Positions 1-12,300 of a stretch of 64,000 nucleotides of DNA are shown in pieces. Within the stretch, counting starts at the first letter, position 1. Each line of letters starts with the position of its first letter. The stretch is from Mobula hypostoma (Eukaryota). The stretch is from NCBI RefSeq assembly GCF_963921235.1, contig NC_086097.1, positions 213,964,001-214,028,000 on the forward strand, read 5' to 3'. Position numbers and translations under genes: made by a program. The notes beneath the pieces are model-generated. The model was not told the DNA's origin and ran no database searches. It saw only the letters and a list, made by a program, of their open reading frames with translations.

Positions 1-200
1 CCTCATTTAAGTTGAGATCTTGTATTCTTACCAGCTCAGAACACCCATGACCACCACCATTTCAGAATCAAGATCAGAATCAGGTTTTGATCTGATTCAA
101 CACAAGAACAAGACACAAAAGATAAAGAACCCAGTAATAATAATAATAACAGTAATATAAAAACACACCATAAATATAAATACACAAGATAGTTTATATA

Positions 201-1745
201 CAGTGACTATAAAAAGTATTCACATCTGCCCCCAGAAGCTTTCATGTTTTGTTGTTTTACAACATTGAATCACAGTGGATTTAATTTGGCTTTTTTGACA
301 CTGATCTCTTTGGTGTCAAAGTGAAAACAAATTTCTACAAATCGGTTTAAATATATTGCAATTATTAAACACAAAATAATTGATTGCATAATTACTCACC
401 CCCTTCAGGTCAGTATTTAGTAGATGCACCTTCGGCAGCAATTACAGTCTGTGTGGATAGGCCTCTATCAGCTTTGCTTATCTGGACACTGCAACTTTTC
501 CCCCATTTTTCTTTATAAAACTGCTCAAGCTCTGTCAGATTGCATAGGGATTGTGAGTGAACAGCCCTTTTCAAGTCAAGCCACAAATTCTCAATTGGAT
601 TGTGGTCTGGACTCTGACTTGGTCACTCCAGGACATTGACTTTACAGTTTTTAAGCCATTCCTGTGTAGCTTTGGCCTTATGTTTGGGGTCATTGTCTTG
701 CTGGAAAACAAATCTCCCACATCATAATTATCCTGTAGACTGCATCAGGTTTTCCTCCAAGATTTTACCTTCTACCTTCACAAGTCTTTCAGGGCCTGCT
801 GCAGTGAAGCATCCCCACAGCATCATGCTTCACGGTAGGGATGATATGTTTTTGATGATGTGCAGTGTTTGACATGCCAAACAGAGTATTTAGTCTGATG
901 GTCAAGAAGCTCAATTTTCATTTCATCAGACCATAGAACCTTCTTCCAGCTGACTTCAGAGTCTCCCACATGCCTTCAGGAAAACTCTAGCCAAAATTTC
1001 ATGTGAGGTTATTTCAACAGTAGCTTTCTCTTTGCCACTGTTCCATAAAGCACCTGGGCAACAGTTGTTGTATGTGCAGTCTCTCCCACCTCAGCCACTG
1101 AAGCTTGTAACTCCTCCAGAGTTGTCATAGGTCTCTTGGTGGCCTCCCTCACAAGACCCCTTCTTGCACGGTCACTCAGTTTTTGAGAATGACCTGCTCT
1201 AGGCAGAGTTACAATTGTGCCATATGTTTTCCATTTCTTGATGATTGACTTAACCGTACTCTAAGGGATATTCAGTGACTTGGAAATTTTCTTGTAGCCA
1301 TCTCCTGACCTGTACTTTTCAATAACCTTCTTGCAGAGTGTTATTTTGTCTTCATGGTGTAGTTTTTGCCAGGATACTGACTCACCAGCAGTTGGACCTT
1401 CCAGATACAGGTGTATTTTCACTACAATCAACTGGAACACCTAAACTGCACACGGTGATCTCCATTTAACTAATTATCTGACTTCTAAAACCAATTGGCT
1501 GCACCAGTGATGATTTGGTATGTCACATTAATGGGGGTGAATGTTAATACTATCAATTACTTTATGTTTTATATTTGTAATTAATTTAGATCACTTTGTA
1601 GAGATCTGTTTTTACTTTGACACTAAAGAATCTTTTTCTGTTGATCTGTGTCAAAAAGAGCCAAATTAAATCCACTGTGATTCAATGTTGTAAAACAATA
1701 AAACATGAATACTTCCAAAGGGGTGAATACTTTTTACCGACACTG
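201..1745 (-). mobile_element. Tc1/mariner (IR/DR-type Tc1) DNA transposon, full-length outline, decayed transposase
   Basis: CAGTG...CACTG ends. About 200-bp imperfect TIRs (201-~405 and ~1532-1745) carry an internal repeat of the terminal motif. Flanks are TA (199-200) and CA (1746-1747). Minus-strand remnants [22 protein letters not shown] and SPDHNPIENLW are Tc1 catalytic motifs. Confidence 0.9.
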
Positions 1746-2204
1746 CACATGGATTGACTGTATGTCCATAAAGTGGCACTAGACTGTACATGAGGTGAAT
1801 GATGGGAAATAACAAAGCAAGGTGGAGGTGTTGATCTGACTTATCAGTTTTGAGCAGTACAGTGCAAAGACATAAAAATCTATAAACTACAAGAATTGAT
1901 GAATTTTGCAAGGTAAAGGAATAATAACATAGTGTTCATCAATTGTTCTGAAATCTGACAGTCAATTTATACTTACGGTACCAACATACCTTTCACATAT
2001 ATTTAATCAGGCAAATGTGTGGAATGTTTAACCTCACTTACAAAGTTTACTACTCAGTTTTGTTTACCCTAATCTCCTGTCAAGTATTTTGCTTATGGTT
2101 ATGATTTATGACTTAGCACTTCACGTATATTCGATTTTGCTTTCAAAAATACAGGTGGAGATTTTCCTCATGAATGGGAGTCTAAATGGTGGAATCAATG
2201 GGAG

Positions 2205-3222
2205 AACATTCAAATCATTGATGCTGCCCTCACTCACAGCTCCTCCATTTCCCTGACGTTCCATGCTTATCCCGTCTTCCTACCACCTTAACAGGGATGG
2301 AGTTCCTCTTGTCCTAATCTACCATCCACACCAAACACAACATTGTCCGCAACTTTCGCCATCTCCAAGGGGATCCTACCACCAAACACATCTTTACTTC
2401 CACCCACTCTCCTTTTTCCACAGGAATTATTCCTTCCACGATTCCCTTATCCATCCGTCCCTCCCTACTAATCTCCCTCCAAGCACTTACCCACACATGG
2501 ACAAAGTGCTGCACTTGCTCATTCATCTCCTCCCTCACCTTTATTCAGGGGCCCAAACAGTTCTTCCAGGTGAGACAACACTTCCTATGCAAACCTGTTG
2601 GGGTCATCTATTGTATCCAGTGCTCCAAATGCAGCCTCTGTTACATTGGTGGGACTCATCGTAAATTGAACAACCACTTTGTCGAGAACCTCCACTCCAT
2701 CTGCCAACATAGTTGCGAACCAGTTTAATTCCAATTCCTATTCTCGTTCCAGCATGTTGGCTCATTGGCTCCTCTTGGGCCATGATCAGACCACTCTCTG
2801 GGTGAAGGACAAACACCACATATTTCTTCTAGGTACCCTCCAAACTGATGGTATGAACATTGATTTCCCCCTTCCAGTAAAATTCCACTTCCTGTTCCCT
2901 CTTCTTCTATTGCCCACTCTGGCCTCTTATTTCCTCTCACCTGCCTACCGCCTCCCCGTGGGGCTCCTCCTTCTTTCCTTTTTTCTATGGTCCTCTCTCC
3001 TCTCCCATCAGATTCTTTCTTCTCCAGCTCTTTACCTTTTCCACCTACCTGTCTTCTCTGTCACCTTCCAGTTATCTTCCTTCCTTTAAACCCACCTTTT
3101 GATTCTGGTGTCTTTTCTTTTCCTTTCCTGTCCTGAAGAAGGCTCTCAGCCCAAAACATCGACTGTTTATTCCTTTCCATTAATGCTGTCTGACCTGATG
3201 AGTCCCTCCAGCATTTTGTGTC
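2205..3222 (+). mobile_element. Penelope-like retroelement 3' fragment (decayed)
   Basis: Homologous to the 51972-53976 element: VPLVLIYHP, GIY-YIG remnants, pyrimidine-rich 3' region, degenerate hammerhead motif at ~3130-3163. Confidence 0.8.
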
Positions 3223-4210
3223 TATTGATTCAAATCATTGACTACTTCCACCTTTTTCAGAATCACATCCAATGCTACAAAAATACATGCACAAATATAG
3301 TAATACATTTAAAGTCAAAGTTAGTTCTGTAAACTTACAGTTAAATGCCTCTGTGGTGTCCTCTGGCATTTGATCAGTTTTCACTTGGTAATTCTTTTAA
3401 CAAGCAAATCAATTTTGTATGCATTTCTATTTTGCATTTTTCCAGCTTTTGCTGTCCAAATTTATCAGATCCCTTTCTCTCTCTGTCTTCTTGGGTTAGC
3501 ACAAACAAGACTAAATACTCACTATTTTTTGTGGTATTCGATACTTATCTGTAAAATCCCAAGGACATAGTGTTTTGAAATGTGGATCTCTAAAAAACCT
3601 GTTTCATTACTGTTACTTAAACACTAATCGTGAATCACAATATATCTTTCGTGATCGAATAATATTATTACACGTTCTTTCCAGAAGTGACTGAACAATA
3701 AAAAGCCTGATCAGGTTTATTATCACGGGCCTGTGACGTGAAATTTGTTAACGTTAATGACCTGTATGTACTTTTAAAGAGTGTTAATAGAATCAGAACC
3801 AAAGACATGTGTAATCAAGGTACAGAATGATATTGTTAGTCAACAGGATCGAAGGTTTTGAGTAGGCTAGTAAGAGGTATCAACAGAGATACAGCATAGA
3901 TCACATTCAGGATGTGTAAATAGGGAGGTGTCAAATAGTGCTCTCAATTGTGTACTATTTGCAATATTAGTGCTCTTATGCTGGAAAAAGCAAAACTCAC
4001 ATAACAGCCTGGCATAAAATTCATGTGCAAATTATTTCAGGCAACCTGGTGGGTGAAGTCCATTTCCATCCATTTCTAAACAAAGCTTTCGAGATAACTA
4101 TGTAGCTTCTCCTCACACTAAGTCCAATTTTAGTGAAGTCATGTCTTTTTTACCAAAGAAATTATGCACAGGATGGTAAAATGACAAGACTCAGAGAACT
4201 TTTATGTGCC

Positions 4211-5014
4211 AAATATTCTCTCTAAGGTGTGCACATGCACACATCTTTTGCTACTAACGCACAAAGGAATTTAAACTGCGCACAAAAGTTTGTCACCCTC
4301 TACCTCATTGGCGTGTTAAGTATATTTCATGATTGTACACGATCACATTTCCTTTTCCGGTTTCTGATGCGGGTGGTGATGACAACATGCAGTTTGCGAT
4401 GATTTATCTGCAGATTTTAGAACTGGCTTATTATACTACTTTTATTGAAGAAATTATTGATTCACTGTGTTGAATTCCAAAGAAGCAAAGGGCGTGAAAT
4501 GCAGAGGAACTGCTAGTTCATTTAAAGCGGAATGGCTTAATGAAACAGTAGAAACTGCTACACCGAAAGCTCACGAGGTCAGGAATGTGCAGCTACGAGA
4601 AATATTTATGTACAATACAGAAACTGCTGTTACCTGTGTGTATCGTCGTGATGCAATAGTTGCTGGAGAATTTGCAAGTGAGAAGTGGAGTGATATTTGG
4701 AAGCTTGACTTTCTAAAGCATCATTTAGCAAGCAAATCACATATGATTGGTGTGCAAAAGCTCAAGTGAGAAAATCCTTCATTCCCCACTACAGGCCTGT
4801 TACGCATGTTTTGTGAGAGTGCAGATGAACAAGAGTGAAAACCATCAAATCCAGAGGAGATCAAAGCTCTTATTGACAGTATTTTGCTAGCTGTCAAAAT
4901 GGATACCTCTTATATATAAAATTCAATGCGCACATGTTGTTGTCACCGGGTAAAAAGATTGCACAGCACAAGATTTTTGTGCACACTGGTCATTACAAAT
5001 TAGAGGGAACATTG
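4211..5014 (+). mobile_element. Internally deleted hAT-type DNA transposon with zinc-finger transposase N-terminal remnant
   Basis: Imperfect 15-bp TIRs: aaatattctctctaa (4211-4225) and ttagagggaacattg (5000-5014). Subterminal gcacac/gcgcac motifs. ORF 4467-4769 has F-x3-W...CVY(R)...WKLDFLKHHLASKSH, resembling a TTF-type zinc finger. No clean 8-bp TSD. Confidence 0.6.
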
Positions 5015-5663
5015 GATGGGATATTTGTAGAAAGTGGGAATTAGGACAGTTATTCACTGAGTTCTAGACTTTATGCTCATAGTTCTATAATTATATGTTT
5101 TCAGATTTACATCTCCAGTATGGTATTGATGAATGACCATTCAGATGTATAAATCCACCGTTCATCTTGTGTCATTCAACACATTGCTCCAGAGAACAGC
5201 AGAATGCAAATCTAGCAAAGAGTATATCCATCATCTGTGGTGTGCAGCTTATCTTCCATAGCTCAATAATGACAGACACTGAACTCTGGACGTGTGAGGA
5301 CACATTCTCAAGTAAGAATATGCAGGAGCTGAGAGATTCCTCATCAAGGCACTCCCCCTGGCCATATGGCTGCAGGACCAGTGAAGTACAACTTGTGGCA
5401 TGTTAGTTATCTTGTTGATCTTGGCTTCCTGGATCAGTATTTCACATTATTAAGCACAGGGGCAAGGAAAAGTGATTACTACGTGGTTTAGTGACAAGGA
5501 GAAGTGAATACAATGTGGTTTGGTGACAAGGTACTGCAGGTTACTGCAACATTTTTTGCCAGAACTTCATTTTGCAACTTGAATTGTAGATCGGCTGTAA
5601 GGAAGTTATTTCACTGTACAGTGAATAGCTCTGAATGGTGAAGGGACATATGGGAATAATGTA

Positions 5664-5709
<46 letters not shown>

Positions 5710-5720
5710 GACACACACAT
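5664..5720. repeat. Compound microsatellite (TG)n(TA)n(CA)n
   Basis: Directly visible; self-complementary arrangement. Confidence 0.9.
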
Positions 5721-6008
5721 ATAATACATTAGGTAAACCATATCCGATACATTTTGTTTGACTGTCAGACTGAAATGCCGGAAGCATAAGCTGTGTTGAA
5801 ACTTTGTTGTTAATTGAAGAAAGACCAAAATCTCAACTTCAGGACTTGAAAACTGGCAATACAGGACTGAGTGTGATCGTGGAGAACTGCATCCATCAAC
5901 ACTTTGCCTTCAGAGAAACGTCAGTCTTTGAATTAAATTAGAATCCTTTCGCAAGCTTGTGTAAAGGAAAAAATATTTTGCATTTTGGAAGTATGAGTTT
6001 GCTTCTCA

Positions 6009-6118
6009 GAAACACAAAAAAACCTGCAGATGCTGGAAATCCAAGGCAAAACATTGTAACGTCAAATGTTTCCATAGATGCTGCCTGACCTGCTGAGTTC
6101 CTCCAGCATTTTGCATGT
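6009..6118. mobile_element. Short PLE 3'-end insertion with inverted segment
   Basis: A minus-orientation PLE terminus followed by plus-orientation gatgctgcctgacctgctgagttcctccagcatttt. Flanked by the 11-bp direct repeat tttgcttctca (5998-6008, 6119-6129). Confidence 0.7.
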
Positions 6119-6247
6119 TTTGCTTCTCAAAAGTATAGCATTGTTCGAAATGGTAAGTAAAATCCATTAGATCCTTACTAATTATACATTGTCATCCTTA
6201 AAACAAGTTGCAATTTTTTCAGTAGTCCATACCAGACCAGGAACTGA

Positions 6248-6804
6248 TCAGTGGCCACTTTACTAAGTACACTTGGACACCTGCTTGTTAATGCAAATAT
6301 CTAATCAGCCATTCATGTGGCAGCCACTCAATGTGTAAAAACATGCAGAGATGGTCAAGAGGTTTAGTTGTTCAGACCAAACATCAGAACAGTGAAGAAA
6401 TATGGTCTAAGGGACTTTGACTGTGAAATGATTGTTGGTGCCAAATGGGCTGGTTTGACTATCTCAGAAACTGCTGATCTTCTGGGATCTTCATGAACAA
6501 TAGTCTCCTAGAGTTTATAGAGAATAATGCAAAAAACAAACAAACAAACAAAATATACTGTGAGTTCTGTGAGCCAGTATGCCTTGTTAAGAGAGTGGAA
6601 TGGCCAGACCGGTTCAAGCTGACAGAAAGGCAACAGTAACTCAAATAATTATGCTTTACAATAACGGTGTGCAGAAGAGCATCTCTGAATGCTCAGTAAG
6701 TTGGACCTTGAAGTGGATGGCTACAGCAACAGAAGACCACAAACACATTCTTAGTGACTATTTGATTAGGTACAGGTGGTGTCTAATAAGGTGGCCACTA
6801 AGTG
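6248..6804 (+). mobile_element. Non-autonomous deleted Tc1-like transposon
   Basis: Inverted ends tcagtggccactttactaag and ctaataaggtggccactaagtg, followed by TA. Internal N-terminal HTH remnant (MIVGAKWAGLTISETADLLG). Confidence 0.75.
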
Positions 6805-7139
6805 TATCAGTGTAATTACCGTGATTAGTCGAACCACTGCTTCCTGAATTATAGAGTGAATTCCATTCCTCTGGAGGCACAGTGAACATGATCTTCGCCA
6901 CGAAGCAACTCCAACTCAAAAAAATTCAGGGAACAGCGCAGACCTCTTAGACCACACCAAAGCCTTTGTGTCAGCAATAATGATCAGGATCTCACTTAAA
7001 TCTCCCCAGTATCATCAAACATAGATGCTCATCAAATACTTGTGGGCCAGACAAGGATGCAGAGGGTCAAGGGAGTGAAAATACTGCAATTATTTCCTGA
7101 ATCTATGACAGAAAGCTTACTTTTCAGAACATTTACTGA

Positions 7140-7720
7140 ATCACAGCCTTAGAATAGAGGGACAGGGGACATTCATTTAGACAGAGATGAGGAAGAATTT
7201 CTTTAGCCCGAGGTTGGTGAATCTGTGGAGTCCATTGCCACAGACAGCTTTCTCCACTGATATTGGGTGAGAATAGAGCTACTGGTCATAGATTATGGGT
7301 GAAGGTGAAACATATAAAGGGAGCTAGAGGGGGATCTTCTTCACTCAGAGTGTGGAGAGTGTGGAATGAGATGCAGGTGAAGTTAGTGCTTATGGGTTCG
7401 ACTGCAGCATTTAAGAGAGGTTAGGATAGGTACATGGGTGGGAGGGGTATGGAGGGATATGGTTCAGGTGTGGGTCATGGGTACTAGTCTAAATAATAGT
7501 TCAGCATGGACCAGATGGGCCAAACAGCCTTTTTCTCTACTGTAGCGCCCTATGGGTTTTAAATTTGTCCCCCAACACCTAAATTATGTTATATTTAGGG
7601 GTTATATCCAGGATAATGGGGTTGACAGGGATAATAAATCAGCCATAATGGAATGGTGGGGCAGAATCAATGGCCTGAATGGTCCACAATTCTACTCCTA
7701 TATCTTGTGGTCTTATGGTC
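7140..7720 (+). mobile_element. CR1-type LINE 3' fragments (nested)
   Basis: Similar to the NFFxQRVVNLWNSLP region and 3' tail of the 40091 element; tail cttgtggtcttatggtct. Confidence 0.7.
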
Positions 7721-7949
7721 TTAGTAACCTTTCTGAAATGACATTTAAAATCAAGTTTTTTTAATAATGAAAATACAAAATATTTGACATATCAATTGCA
7801 ATCCATTTTTCTTCAAGATAGTCTTCCATTAAAAATTAGAAATGTATTTACACCTATAATCACACAGTTATTATCTGTAACTTTACTATTTTCATACTGA
7901 AAAGCACAAAGACTAAATAATTATATGTCTTATTTTGTAAAAGTGGCAA

Positions 7950-10455
7950 ATAATCCATCTCTATATGCTGGAAAACTTGAATTGAACTTCCTTGAGATTC
8001 CCCTTCATTTTTCCAAACTCCAGTGAGTTCAGACCAGAACCAACAAGTGCTCCTCACATGTTAACCCTTTCATTCCCAGAATAATTATCGTGAACCTTCT
8101 CCAGACCCTCTCCAAAGCTAGCACATCTTTTCTTAGATAACCGGCTGGAAATTGCTCATAATACTCTAAGTGTGGTCTGAGCAATGCCTTAGAAAGACTC
8201 ACAATTACATCCTTGCTTTTGTATTCCAGTTATCTCAACCTGCAAGTTAATCTTAAGGGAATCCCAAGTCCCTTTGCACCTCTGAGTTTTGAGTTTTCAC
8301 CCCATTTAGAAAATAGTCTAAGTCCTACCAAAGTGTATGACCATACACTTGTCTACACTATATTCCATCTGCCACTTCCTTGCCCATTCTCCCAATCTGT
8401 CTAGGTCCTTCTGCAGACTCCCTGCTTCCTCAACACCTATTTACCTATCTTCATATTACCTGCAACCATGGCCACCAAGCCAACAATTCTATCATCCAAA
8501 ACATTGACACATATAAAAAAAAAGTGGTCCCAATACTGACCCCTGCAGAACACCTTGAGTCACTGGCAGCCTCAACCAAAAAAGACCCCTTTTATTCTCA
8601 CTCTTTGCGTCCTGCCAGTCATCCAGTCTTATATCAATGCTGGTATCTTACCTGTAATTCCTTATCTTGTATTGCAGCCCCAGGTGTGACAGCTTGTCAG
8701 TCGTCTTCTGAAAATCCAATTAAATACTATCCATTGTTTCTGCTTTGTCTATCCTGCCTGTTATGTATTTCCTCAAAGAATTCCAACCGATTTGTCAGTT
8801 ATGTTTTCCCCTGAAGGAAACCATGCTGATGTTTGCCCATTTTAACATGTGCCTCCAGATAACCCCAAAACCTCTTTATATATCTGCAAAAATATTACTA
8901 TTTTCTTTTATATTATTGGCTAGCTTACTGCAATCTTTCCTCTCCTATTTCTTTTTTAGTTGTCTTTTGTTGGTTTTTAAATACTCTAACTTCCCACTAA
9001 TTTTTGCTATATTATATGCCCTTTCTTTTGGTTCTAGAGAGCTGATTAGTGGACATCAGTGCATCTGACCGTGCATTAAAAAACTTGGAAGCATTGGGAT
9101 CAGCAAATCGGCAACCTCTGCAGGAAAATATTTTGCTTTGCGAGAGTGCCGGAGGAAAATTTAACACTGTGAGATTTGTTAGAGCAGCTGATTAAAAGCT
9201 TGATCAAAGAGGCACATTTAATGTCTTATGGGATCAAAGAGGTTGAGGGAGTTAGGAAAGGAATTTCACAGCTTGAGCCTAATATGGTGACCAGGAATCC
9301 AAATTCCAGATGAGGCCTCATCAACATGTTGAATCATAGCCTGGTATGGAGCCTCCAACGTACAGGATCGCAAGAGACCGCAGAAGTATATAGACTTAGT
9401 CAGCTTTATCGTGGGCACTATATTTCCCACCATTGGTGGCAGTGTTTCAGGAAGAAGGTATCTATCATTAGGACTGACATCATCCAGGACGTGCCCTCTT
9501 CTTGTTATACCACCAAAGAGGAAGTACAGGAGCTAGAAGACCCACTCTCAATGTTTCAGGATCTTCTTCACCTTCACCATCAGACTCCTGAACCATCCGT
9601 CAACCCTACCTCATTATTTGATTTTTTGCATTTGTTTTAAATTTTTGTAACCTATGGTAATTTTTAAAGCTTGTGCTGTATTGCTGCTGCAAAACAAATA
9701 AAATCATGTCATATACAGCGTCAGCAGTAATAAAGCTGATTCTGATTAGATTCTGATTCTGTACTGCTGTAACACCAGTCTTGAATTCAATGCCTCACTG
9801 ATTAAGACATTCACCTTCTTTATCAACTTGTCTCCCTGTATCACCTTTCCAAATTCAGATTGATTCTGTCTCTCAGAATTCCCTTCAGTAAATTATCCAT
9901 CACTAATATTTGGCTAACAAGCCTGTAGTTGTTTCCTGGTTTGGGATTTAGTGGGATTTATCCACCTTTATGTTCCTCAAGACTGCCAACACTTCCTTCA
10001 AAACATGACGGTGTTTCAGGACGTTAATGGTCTCTTCCCTGAACTCTCTGTGAATAGAGGTGAAAGCTATTAATTTAAGACCTTGCCTCTCTTCTGTGAC
10101 TCCACACGTAAATCACCAGACTGATCCTTAAGGAGATCTACTCTCTCTCATTATCCTTTTGATCATAATATACTAATAGTGTCTTTTAAGGCTTTTGTTT
10201 ACATTATTTGTCAAGGATATCTTATGTCCCTCTTTTGCCCTCCTGTGTTTTTTCTCAAGTGCACTACTATATGCCTTATATACCTCAAAAGTATTCACGA
10301 TCCCAGTTGCCTGTACCTTATATACTACCATTCTTACCCTGACTAGAGTCTCAATTATACTCATCATCCACAGTTCCCCAAAATGCCTCCCACTAGTCAG
10401 ACATCCATTCATCTGCTAACAGCTCTTCCCAATCAAATTTGCTGGTTCCTACCTA
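7950..10455 (-). mobile_element. Cluster of old CR1-type LINE fragments, interrupted by another repeat (~9330-9760)
   Basis: Reverse-complement similarity to CR1 ORF2 segments seen elsewhere in the window. The inserted repeat ends in (gattct)n. Confidence 0.55.
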
Positions 10456-11104
10456 ATAGTCCTGATACAGGGTTGTGATCTGACAAGTCAAAAGTTCCTT
10501 TCCGCCCACTGACGCTATTCAACCCAGTGAGATCCTCCTGCAGATTTTCTGTTGCTTTGGATTCCAGCATCTTCAGTGTCTTACGTCTACATTGCAGAAA
10601 ATGCTCAACAGGTCAGGTCACATTCACCTCAAAACTGAGTTCTGACAAAAAGGCCTAAAAGTTGATTGTTACTCTCTCTATTTGATTACAAACAGATGCT
10701 TGTTTGAAAATTATGTCTTAATAGCACAAATGTTAATACTTACTGGCACTGCAGTGTTTACAACAGTGGTGGAGGATATCTCATGTTGACATGACATCTT
10801 TTCAGAATTTCTATTGCAGTTTTAAAATTCACCACCATCATATTCCAATTGATTAAGATTAATTCCAAACATCCTAGGTACAACTTTTATCTGGTTGAAC
10901 TGGAAAAACATAGTGCTAGTAATATTTTATAATGTAGTTCATTGAAATATTCAAAATTTGATATGTCCCTGATATTGTATGATAGCAATATATATTTGCT
11001 AAACAAAAGATCTGACAGTACTTACCACTGTATATGCAGCCTTCAAATCAATTGTAAAATGTCAGTGAATCAACAACATACCCAATTTTACGATTAGACT
11101 GTAC

Positions 11105-11257
11105 TTAAACTCTTCCCGGGCTTCCAGCCAAGTACAAGTATCTTCTTGGCAGAATTTGTCATTGAAACATTGGTTTGAATCGATACCTGTACCTGGCTGG
11201 AAGCCTGAGAAAAGTTTATGTGTCATATATGCCGGGAAAGCACGAGATCCTTTCTTC
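11105..11257. mobile_element. Short fold-back insertion, probably a second PLE family
   Basis: 37-bp imperfect inverted repeat (11106-11142 vs 11182-11218). Flanked by the 9-bp direct repeat agactgtac (11096-11104, 11258-11266). The loop has a hammerhead-like 3' half (tggcagaatttgtca-tt-gaaacatt). Confidence 0.55.
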
Positions 11258-11749
11258 AGACTGTACAGTACTTAATTTACATTGCTCTTCTTTTAAAATA
11301 TATTTCATTATTTATTGGGTTTTAAAATATTTTTCTTTATTTATTAGGATCACAGCATCACCGGGAAGGCCAGCATTTATCGCCCATCCCTAACGACTGT
11401 TAAACTGAGGGGCCTGCTGGGGCATTTCAGAGTGAGGGACAATAATGGGATCGGAGTCACATGTCGGTAGATAGCCTCTCCTTAAAGGCTACGGTGAACC
11501 AGGTACTCTTTTCTAGTTATCCATTAGTTTGTGTTTCGTTTATTATTACTAAAACTAACAACTTTGAAAAGCTAGACAACTAACTAATGTTATATTCCGT
11601 ATTTGTTATGATCGGATTGGAAGTCGGGTCTCTGGATAATTAGTCTTGCGCTCTGGATTAATAGACTGATTTTATAAACATCTCTAAATCGCCATACCCC
11701 TGGAACACAAGCTCCACGTGATTTAAATTTGACGAACAATTGACAAATA

Positions 11750-12300
11750 AGTGAAAAGGTTAGATTTACATTTATCGGGATATATTGCTACACAAAGAGA
11801 TTTGTTCCGAAGCTCTCGCTGCATGGAATTGCGTAGTGTATCGCAACGGGCATTGGGACCCGGCTGTTCCCCACAGCGTGTTGCGGATGAGTCAGGACAA
11901 ACACGCCCATTGCTGGCAATATATTGGGCTCGAGGGCTTTATTCGAAACACTCAGGAGAAATCGGTTGATGGCAAATACATCATTCCGCCGCCCAGCTGA
12001 GGATACGACATTAGAGGAAAGAAGAATAAAAAAACACACACACACAAAAACCAAACAAAAAAATCTCCCGCACCAAGGTGAGGTTCCATTCTTAGAACGG
12101 CGGCATTCATTGCAGCACCCCGAGTATGTTTCTCGATGGCTGCTCACCAGCACCTCCCTGCATGAACAGCTCCTCCATCTGCAGCTCATCCGCATGCACC
12201 TGCTCAGCTGGTCCCGGCAGCACCAGCTCCCCAGCAGCTCTCTCTGCGGCTTCTCCCCACTCTCCATGGCGGCGTGTAGGCATGAACGAGCTGAGTAGCA
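11750..12300 (+). promoter_or_regulatory. CpG-rich candidate promoter / first non-coding exon of the clavesin gene
   Basis: Local rise in GC and CpG in an otherwise CpG-depleted window, with no recognisable repeat. Strong donor AAG|GTGAGG at 12078. E-boxes at 11994, 12176, 12197 and 12205. Lies 1.4-2 kb upstream of the ATG. Confidence 0.5.

Noticed and set aside
5463..5531. 32-bp imperfect tandem repeat as a CRISPR-like array
   Set aside because: Two adjacent units without spacers in a vertebrate genome; an ordinary local duplication (likewise the 16-bp duplication at 20553-20587).
12105..12240. CAGCACC motifs as a REST/RE1 site
   Set aside because: The GGACAG half-site is absent at the expected spacing.
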